The position numbers were made by a program, and so were the translations under genes. Under the pieces are notes generated by a model. The model did no database searches, was not told the DNA's origin, and saw only the letters and a list, made by a program, of their open reading frames with translations. Shown here one piece after another: positions 5,027-10,784 of a stretch of 41,427 bases of DNA. Each line of letters starts with the position of its first letter. The stretch's first letter is position 1. Source of the DNA: an uncultured Candidatus Saccharibacteria bacterium (GTDB taxonomy: Bacteria; Patescibacteriota; Minisyncoccia; Portnoybacterales; UBA2143); assembly GCA_964494655.1 (NCBI GenBank), contig CAZBRM010000004.1, forward strand, positions 1 through 41,427. Reading direction: 5' to 3'.

Positions 5027-5446
5027 ATGGATAAGGAAATGAAAGAAAGGATTAAGGAGAATCTTAGTTTGATCGGCAAAAGAGAAAAAACTGGAAATTG
5101 GAGCAAACTCATCAATGTCCACGATAATGTTTGGGGACATGCTGATAACATTAGGGGCAACATCTTAAACATCTGGGACAACATCTCAAACATTAGGGGC
5201 GACGTCTCAAACATCAGGGGCAACGTCTCAAGAATCAGTGGCGACGTCACAAACATCTGGGGCGACGTCTCAAACATCAGGGGCGACATCTCAGATATCA
5301 GTGGCTACTTCTCAAGAATCAGTGGCGACGTCACAAACATCTGGGGCGACGTCTCAGATATCAGTGGCTACGTCTCAAGAATCAGTGGCGACGTCACAAA
5401 CATCAGTGGCGACGTCTCAGATATTATCAAAGTCCTCGAAGATTAG
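5027..5446 (+). CDS. unit 8 cargo: heptad-repeat protein (139 aa)
   Basis: AAGGAG lies before the ATG. Residues 37-134 are 14 tandem heptads with consensus G-D-V-S-N-I-(R/W/S). Confidence 0.7.
   Translation: MDKEMKERIKENLSLIGKREKTGNWSKLINVHDNVWGHADNIRGNILNIWDNISNIRGDVSNIRGNVSRISGDVTNIWGDVSNIRGDISDISGYFSRISGDVTNIWGDVSDISGYVSRISGDVTNISGDVSDIIKVLED
5135..5428 (+). repeat. 14 x 21-bp tandem repeat inside the unit 8 CDS, with a 63-bp super-period
   Basis: GGCGACGTCTCAAACATCAGG-type units. Units 8-10 and 11-13 are nearly identical triplets. Other frames on both strands stay open across it. Confidence 0.9.
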
Positions 5447-5468
5447 GGATTAGAAGGCAAACTACAAG

Positions 5469-5500
5469 AGGCTGACTCAACAAGAGTTGGCCTTTTTTCT
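5469..5500 (+). terminator. intrinsic terminator of unit 8 (family X)
   Basis: AGGCTGACTC-AACAA-GAGTTGGCCT followed by TTTTTCTATTC. It is close to the unit 10 terminator. Confidence 0.65.
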
Positions 5501-5506
5501 ATTCTC

Positions 5507-5710
5507 AAAATCTAATTACCTCCTCAAATTCCATACTATCCCACAGAACAGTCAGCCGAAGCTGGAGCGCCAATCATGAGGATATAAAGAATTAAAAGAG
5601 AAATGACAAAATAAAAGGCCTGTTGCCGCCAAAGCCCAATCCCTAAAGCTAAAAAGAGCAATATTTGCGTCATAATAATCATGTGAATGGTAGAAATATG
5701 TCTAAATCCA
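5507..5710. repeat. long inter-cassette repeat, copy 2 (direct repeat of 1031-1232)
   Basis: Nearly identical to copy 1 across the ORF48 segment and more diverged at both ends. Confidence 0.9.
5536..5682 (-). CDS. 48-aa hydrophobic small ORF, copy 2
   Basis: Same ORF as 1060-1206. There are three nucleotide differences: two synonymous (Ile, Val) and one R-to-G change at the last codon. Confidence 0.4.
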   Translation of the reverse strand: MIIMTQILLFLALGIGLWRQQAFYFVISLLILYILMIGAPASADCSVG

Positions 5711-5745
5711 TTGACATTAATTATTTTTTACTACATGCTATTATT
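5711..5745 (+). promoter_or_regulatory. promoter region of unit 9 (TTGACA kept, probable extended -10)
   Basis: TTGACA is at 5711-5716, but there is no -10 at 16-18 nt. TGCTATTAT at 5737-5745 fits an extended -10 (TGnTATAAT). Confidence 0.4.
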
Positions 5746-5781
5746 AAAAGTAGTTCTTAATATATAAAGGAGGAGGATGCA

Positions 5782-6033
5782 ATGGAACAAGAAATTTTTG
5801 AAATTATAAAAAATTCTCAAATATTACCAGAAATGCTGATTTTATTTGGCACTACAATCCTTATAACTACTTCTGCATGGACACTCTTATTTCCTATTGG
5901 AAAAGGAAAATATCTTGTTTCGTCATGGTATTACTTTTGGAGAATTATGCTCTTTGGAATGTTTGCTTCTTTTCTTTTGGTACTTACTGTTATAGTTGCT
6001 GCTTATATACAATGTTCTTTTAAGAGCATATAG
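5782..6033 (+). CDS. unit 9 cargo: small membrane protein, 2-3 TM (83 aa)
   Basis: AAAGGAGGAGG lies before the ATG. Hydrophobic stretches include LILFGTTILITTSAWTLLF and IMLFGMFASFLLVLTVIVAAYI. Composition is AT-rich like the host. No terminator precedes the next gene. Confidence 0.6.
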   Translation: MEQEIFEIIKNSQILPEMLILFGTTILITTSAWTLLFPIGKGKYLVSSWYYFWRIMLFGMFASFLLVLTVIVAAYIQCSFKSI

Positions 6034-6085
6034 CTTGACACGAAATATCTTTTCTAACTATTAGACAAAAAGGAGGGTTATAAAA

Positions 6086-6379
6086 ATGGAGATTAGAGTT
6101 GTTTTAGACTTACCGGGACTGACAATGAAGAAAATTTTTGATGTGCCCAAGGAATTAGTTCCTAGAAAGGACGATGGGGTTAAATTTTGGGAAGAAAAAA
6201 GAAAAGACGCCGTTATGTTGGGTTATGCAACTGCTTTTTCGGTAACACGTGACCTAACTCAGGAAGATAAGCCTCCGATAGAGGTTTTTCTTAAGCCGGA
6301 GAGTGATGATTTAACCAAAGCGTGTCTGGAAGAATTTGAGAGGGTACTATCAAAACAAGGCTGGCAAATCCAGCGTTAA
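6086..6379 (+). CDS. unit 10 cargo: hypothetical protein (97 aa)
   Basis: AAAGGAGGG lies before the ATG. A weak TTGACA is at 6035-6040. It may be co-transcribed with unit 9. Confidence 0.6.
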   Translation: MEIRVVLDLPGLTMKKIFDVPKELVPRKDDGVKFWEEKRKDAVMLGYATAFSVTRDLTQEDKPPIEVFLKPESDDLTKACLEEFERVLSKQGWQIQR

Positions 6380-6400
6380 ATCTTTTTGCCGAGTCAACGA

Positions 6401-6436
6401 AGAGGCCGACTCAACGCAGTTGGCCTCTTTTTATTT
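6401..6436 (+). terminator. intrinsic terminator of unit 10 (family X)
   Basis: AGAGGCCGAC-TCAACGCA-GTTGGCCTCT forms a 10-bp stem, followed by TTTTATTTCC. Confidence 0.7.
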
Positions 6437-6439
6437 CCC

Positions 6440-6469
6440 AAATTGTAGCTATAGAGTTATAGGTATGTG
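6440..6469. repeat. terminal half-copy of the inter-cassette block (copy H)
   Basis: AAATTGTAGCTATAGAGTTATAGGTATGTG is identical to copy B up to ATGTG. After that the sequence is unique (CATTCCCGAGACGG). Confidence 0.85.
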
Positions 6470-6598
6470 CATTCCCGAGACGGCAGTGATATGCCTTGTT
6501 CCAGTAATATTTAATTTTTCTTTTAAAACCATTCCAAAACCATGCCTTAGAAAGATGAACAGGCGTGATAGTGCGTCCTCTTGCTCAAAACCAGGCAT
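6449..6598 (-). CDS. 49-codon ORF translationally coupled to cobO, ending inside repeat copy H
   Basis: The ATG overlaps the cobO stop (TAATG). The product is MPGFEQEDALSRLFIFLRHGFGMVLKEKLNITGTRHITAVSGMHIPITL. It is below the track cut-off and its coding status is unproven. Confidence 0.35.
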   Translation of the reverse strand: MPGFEQEDALSRLFIFLRHGFGMVLKEKLNITGTRHITAVSGMHIPITL

Positions 6599-7104
6599 TA
6601 GAACTCGATTCCTTTTCTTGGTTTTATTGCTTTAGTGTAATAATGTTTAATTTCTTTCATTTCTGTAACTAAATCTGCTGCTTGAATAAGTTTTTTAGAA
6701 GCGTTACGGCCAGTTAGGACGAGCTCTGTTTTTGACGAAGTTTCTTTTATTAATTCCAGAATATCTTTTACTTTAATTAAGTCAAAGTAATTTACCATAT
6801 TCATTTCATCCAAAATTATTAAGTCGTATTTTTTACTTTTAATTGCTTTTTGGGCAAAATTAAAACCTTGACTTGCAAGGTTAAAATCTTTTTTTAATAA
6901 TTTACCTTTACTGACAAATCCTTTTCTGCCAAAGATTTTTACTTCAAAATTCTTTATTTTTTTAATCGCCTCTATTTCTGAACTCTTACCGTCTTTCAAA
7001 AACTGAATTAATAAAACTTTTTTACCAGCGCCTACAGATCGTAAACCAAGACCCAAAGCTGCAGTTGTTTTGCCTTTTGCATCACCTGTATAAATTTGAA
7101 GCAT
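6598..7104 (-). CDS. cobO: cob(I)yrinic acid a,c-diamide / cob(I)alamin adenosyltransferase (CobA/CobO/BtuR family)
   Basis: P-loop YTGDAKGKTTAALG, and ILDEMNMV...LVLTGR typical of the family. Confidence 0.8.
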   Translation of the reverse strand: MLQIYTGDAKGKTTAALGLGLRSVGAGKKVLLIQFLKDGKSSEIEAIKKIKNFEVKIFGRKGFVSKGKLLKKDFNLASQGFNFAQKAIKSKKYDLIILDEMNMVNYFDLIKVKDILELIKETSSKTELVLTGRNASKKLIQAADLVTEMKEIKHYYTKAIKPRKGIEF

Positions 7105-7116
7105 GTTAATTATAAA

Positions 7117-10100
7117 TTATACATTACAAGTCGGACAGCTTCCAGGAGGCAAATCTGGAATATCAGGCGAAGGATCACGCAATTCAGGAGAAACATCTTT
7201 TTCTTTAACCATTTTCTTATCTGCTTTTGGCAAAGATCCTTGCTCTTTACCTTTAATATTTAAAACTTGCTGTTTTCTGCTTTCGTTTCTGTAAAAAGTT
7301 ACACCCTTGCATCCTAAATCATAAGACATAATATATGCTTTTCTAATATCGTCTTCTGAAGCGGAATAAGGAAAATTAATTGTCTTACTTGTGGCATTAT
7401 CAACATATTTTTGAAAAGCTGCCTGCATTTTTATATGATCCTCCGGCTTAATATCTAAAGCAGTAACAAAAATCTTTTTTATATCAGTTGGAATTTCTTT
7501 AATATCCTGAATACTTCCTTTTCTTGAAATTTCTTCAATAAGTTTTTTAGACCAAAAACCTCGTTCTTTGGCTATTTCTTCAAAAATAGAATTAACTTCA
7601 ACTAATTCTTGATCGCCTAAAACATGTTTTCTAGTATAAGCGACAGCAAAAAGCGGTTCAATAGCTGATGAGGCGCCAGCAATAATACCTATTGTTCCTG
7701 TTGGAGCAATTGTAGTTATAGTCGCATTCCTAACTTTAGGCATATTTTTTTCATTATAAATACTATCTTTTAAATTAGGAAAAACTTCTCTTTGCTCAGC
7801 TAATCCAACTGATGCTTTTCTGCCTTCTTCTTGAATAAATTTCATCACACTTTTACCAACCATTAGCGCTTTTCTGGAATTATACGGAATCCTTAACCTG
7901 ATAAGCATATCTGTAAAACCCATTACGCCTAAACCTATTTTCCTATTCCCTCTAGTTAATTTTTCTATTTCAGGCAGAGGATAACGATTAACTTCAATAA
8001 CATTATCTAAAAAATGAACTGCGTTAATAGTTGTTTGCTTAAGCTTGTCCCAATCAATTTCCCAGATTTTTGACCGAGCAGTTTTTTTCTTAATTATTTT
8101 GCTTAAATTGATACTACCTAAGTTACAGCTCTCGAAAGGAAGCAATGGCTGCTCCCCGCATTGTCGACTGATGATTCCACTCATTAAAGGTTTTTTAGAT
8201 AATTTAGTTTTGCCATTAGGTTTAGTGATATAAGCAACAGTATGAAATTCATCTACGGTGATATTATAAACATCTTCATTGCCATAAAATTTTATAGATT
8301 TAACTTTATGATTATGCATTATCAACTCTTCTCTGAAAGCATTATAGCCACCAAAAGTACTCCTTAAATCTCCAGAATAACCAAAATTATTTACATATTT
8401 CTTAAACTCTAAATAATTAGGCATATTTCTTTTTTCTTTGATAAATTTGATCCCTAATTTATAAAGTTCTCTCCTCAATTTATCTCTGTTTTTCTTTTTT
8501 GCATCAATAACACTATCTGTATTTCTAATACTATTAACATAGCTAGCTCTACAGGATCTTGAACAAAAACTCTTATTTATATTTTCTTTATATATTATTT
8601 CCTTACTACATTTTAAGCACGCCGACTTAATATAAGAATAGATAGTTTTTGATTTACTTATTTTTTCTTTAATTTCAGGATGTTTCTTATATAGTTCAAT
8701 AATTCTTAAACTTTGATCTTTTCTATTTTTAGGATTTTTAAAATACAAACTAGTTAAATCGCCAATTAATTTTTTTGTTGTCTCTCTATGCTTTCGACCA
8801 AACATGCCATTCCCCTTGCCAGATTTTAATTTACTCATCTTTTCTCTATAAATATCTTTTTCTTGATCTGATAATTTTTGCCACCATTTTCCTTTCATTA
8901 TATTTTGTTCTCCAGTTTGATGTAAACTATCATGAGCGCTTTGGCTCATAACTTCTAAATTCTTAATATCATTATCCAGCCCATTAAAATTTTTATGATG
9001 AACTACTTCGTTTGGATATTTCTTAATCTTTCTGCCAAGTAAAAGCTCCGCAATCATTCTATGCTCGGATTTAGCTCTTTTACCATTATTTTGTGTTATC
9101 CCCCAATAAACACAATTTTTCCTAGTCGCTGTATATTGAAACTTATTAAAAGGCATCAAGCTTACACCTGGTTTTAAATCTTTCAATTTAACATCATTAT
9201 TTTTTCTATCTTTAAATTTATGATCTTCAGTAGCAATCAGATAACTATTATCATCAAAGACAACTTTCCAAACAGGAACATTAGTTCTTGTTTTCCTTGG
9301 ATTTCGTCCCATTCGAATTTGCACTTTTCCATTACCATAACAATATACTGGAATATCTTTTTTTTCTTTAACCAATTGTTTTATTGAAACACAATTTCTA
9401 CCATCAGCCACACCTACCAAGGTATCTCCAACTACGCATGGATTAGTGCTTTCTATCTTACCTAATTTTGGAGTTGGATTGTCTCTATTAATTCTGTCAA
9501 TGAAAATAACTCCTGGCTCTCCATTTTTCCACGCATAATCAACAATTAAATCAAAAACCATATTAGCGTCTAATTGGCCTGAAATTTGACCGTCTCGAGG
9601 ATTTATTAAATTATATTTCTTCTTCTTTTTAACCGCCTCCATAAATTCATCAGTCAAAGCAACGGAAATATTAAAATTATTTAAAACCCCTTCTTCTGAT
9701 TTAGCTGTAATAAATTCCAATATATCGGGATGATCAACATTTAAAATTCCCATATTAGCTCCACGTCTTTTGCCGCCCTGTTTTATTACATCAGTAGCCG
9801 CATTAAAAACACTCATAAAAGACAATGGACCAGAAGAAGCTCCTTGAGTTGATTTAATATTATCTCCCCTTGGGCGCAAATGAGAGAAATTAAAACCTGT
9901 ACCGCCACCACTTTTGTGAACCAAAGCGGTATTTTTAATTGCTTCAAAAATTTCCTCCATTGAATCACCTACTGGGAGAACAAAACAACCACTAAGTTGC
10001 TGGAGTACGCCTCCAGCATTCATTAATGTTGGAGAATTAGGTAAAAATTCCAAAGATGCCATCATTTTATAGAATTTTTCGCCAATATCAAAAAGTTCAT

Positions 10101-10599
10101 CATCTGAAATTGAAGGATTAAAAAACGACTCAGCTGAAGCAATATTAGCGGCTACCCGCTGAAATAATTGCTGAGGCGTTTCAATTATTTTTCCTTGTTC
10201 ATCTTTTTTTAAATATCTTGATTCAAGAACTTTTAAGGCATTAGGCATGAGCTTTGTTTTTACATTACGGCTTAAAAGCCACCACTTAGCATCTCTAAGC
10301 TCTTTTCTTTTTTGACGATAAAGACCGTATAACTCCGCAATATCTTTTTGGCCTTCTTTAGCTAATGTTTCAATAACTACATCCTGAAGTTGTTCTACTT
10401 TTGGGATTTCTTCTTTAAAACGCTTATTTAGAATTTCAACTACACTATTAGAAATTTTTTGGGCTAATTTTTTATCCTCTTTTCCTCCCGCCTGAAGAGC
10501 TTTTAAAATAGCTTCTGTAATTTTAACTTGATTAAAATTAACGATTCTACCATCTCTTTTTTTAACACTCTGTATATATTTTACATTCTTTTTAGACAT
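7117..10599 (-). CDS. nrdJ: adenosylcobalamin-dependent (class II) ribonucleotide reductase with N-terminal ATP-cone, interrupted by an intein
   Basis: ATP-cone KKRDGRIVNFNQVKITEAI. RNR core motifs are present. The finger loop ESTNP-[intein]-CGEQPLLPFESCNLGS is split. The C-terminus carries a CPTC pair. Confidence 0.9.
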   Translation of the reverse strand: MSKKNVKYIQSVKKRDGRIVNFNQVKITEAILKALQAGGKEDKKLAQKISNSVVEILNKRFKEEIPKVEQLQDVVIETLAKEGQKDIAELYGLYRQKRKELRDAKWWLLSRNVKTKLMPNALKVLESRYLKKDEQGKIIETPQQLFQRVAANIASAESFFNPSISDDELFDIGEKFYKMMASLEFLPNSPTLMNAGGVLQQLSGCFVLPVGDSMEEIFEAIKNTALVHKSGGGTGFNFSHLRPRGDNIKSTQGASSGPLSFMSVFNAATDVIKQGGKRRGANMGILNVDHPDILEFITAKSEEGVLNNFNISVALTDEFMEAVKKKKKYNLINPRDGQISGQLDANMVFDLIVDYAWKNGEPGVIFIDRINRDNPTPKLGKIESTNPCVVGDTLVGVADGRNCVSIKQLVKEKKDIPVYCYGNGKVQIRMGRNPRKTRTNVPVWKVVFDDNSYLIATEDHKFKDRKNNDVKLKDLKPGVSLMPFNKFQYTATRKNCVYWGITQNNGKRAKSEHRMIAELLLGRKIKKYPNEVVHHKNFNGLDNDIKNLEVMSQSAHDSLHQTGEQNIMKGKWWQKLSDQEKDIYREKMSKLKSGKGNGMFGRKHRETTKKLIGDLTSLYFKNPKNRKDQSLRIIELYKKHPEIKEKISKSKTIYSYIKSACLKCSKEIIYKENINKSFCSRSCRASYVNSIRNTDSVIDAKKKNRDKLRRELYKLGIKFIKEKRNMPNYLEFKKYVNNFGYSGDLRSTFGGYNAFREELIMHNHKVKSIKFYGNEDVYNITVDEFHTVAYITKPNGKTKLSKKPLMSGIISRQCGEQPLLPFESCNLGSINLSKIIKKKTARSKIWEIDWDKLKQTTINAVHFLDNVIEVNRYPLPEIEKLTRGNRKIGLGVMGFTDMLIRLRIPYNSRKALMVGKSVMKFIQEEGRKASVGLAEQREVFPNLKDSIYNEKNMPKVRNATITTIAPTGTIGIIAGASSAIEPLFAVAYTRKHVLGDQELVEVNSIFEEIAKERGFWSKKLIEEISRKGSIQDIKEIPTDIKKIFVTALDIKPEDHIKMQAAFQKYVDNATSKTINFPYSASEDDIRKAYIMSYDLGCKGVTFYRNESRKQQVLNIKGKEQGSLPKADKKMVKEKDVSPELRDPSPDIPDLPPGSCPTCNV
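8161..9438 (-). mobile_element. 426-aa intein with an HNH homing-endonuclease module, inserted before the catalytic Cys of NrdJ (residues 388-813)
   Basis: Block A CVVGDTLV; block B ATEDH; HNH VVHHKNFNGLDNDIKNLEVMSQSAHDSLH; NUMOD3-like NGMFGRKHRETTKKLI; Cys4 CLKC...CSRSC; block F VYNITVDEFHTVAY. It ends ...SGIISRQ followed by extein Cys. Confidence 0.85.
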
Positions 10600-10738
10600 A
10601 AAAAAATTTCTTTGTTTTTATCGACATTATTTGACTCTATGCTAATCTTTTTTTAAAATTATTTATATTAACAATATCAGCACAAAAACAAAGAACACCT
10701 TTATTTTACTCTAATCAAAAAAATGAGTCAAATGAAAA

Positions 10739-10761
10739 CAGCGAACAACTTTTGTTCGCTG
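10739..10761 (-). terminator. hairpin downstream of ftsZ
   Basis: CAGCGAACAA-CTT-TTGTTCGCTG is a perfect 10-bp stem, followed on the minus strand by TTTTCATTTG. Confidence 0.6.
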
Positions 10762-10784
10762 TCTTCTTTTTATTTTTTATTTTA

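Noticed and set aside
4955-5453. ORFs 4955-5140(-), 4969-5289(-) and 5238-5453(+)
   Set aside because: These are alternative frames kept open by the 21-bp tandem repeat (or antisense to the unit 8 promoter and leader). Only the 5027 frame has an SD and a sensible N-terminus.
504-6469. Classical integron cassette array (attC sites)
   Set aside because: There is no intI in the window and every unit has its own promoter. The hairpins are about 30-nt Rho-independent terminators rather than 57-141-bp attC sites. The ACTCAAC...GTTGGCC resemblance to the R''/R' cores is partial (GTTGGCC fails GTTRRRY). Only the logic is kept as an analogy.
1713-6469. CRISPR array
   Set aside because: The repeats are about 50 nt, imperfect, and separated by 0.1-1 kb segments that contain promoters, genes and terminators. 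There are no cas genes.
6470-6597. Cobalamin riboswitch or other leader next to cobO/nrdJ
   Set aside because: The segment lies downstream of cobO, not upstream of it. I could not see the B12-box or the conserved riboswitch helices. It is better explained as the 49-codon ORF or as decayed sequence.
6336-6635. 99-aa plus-strand ORF
   Set aside because: It starts inside unit 10, then runs through the terminator, the half-repeat and the cobO 3' end.
7103-8233. Plus-strand ORFs 7103-7294 and 8045-8233
   Set aside because: They are antisense to the well-supported nrdJ gene.
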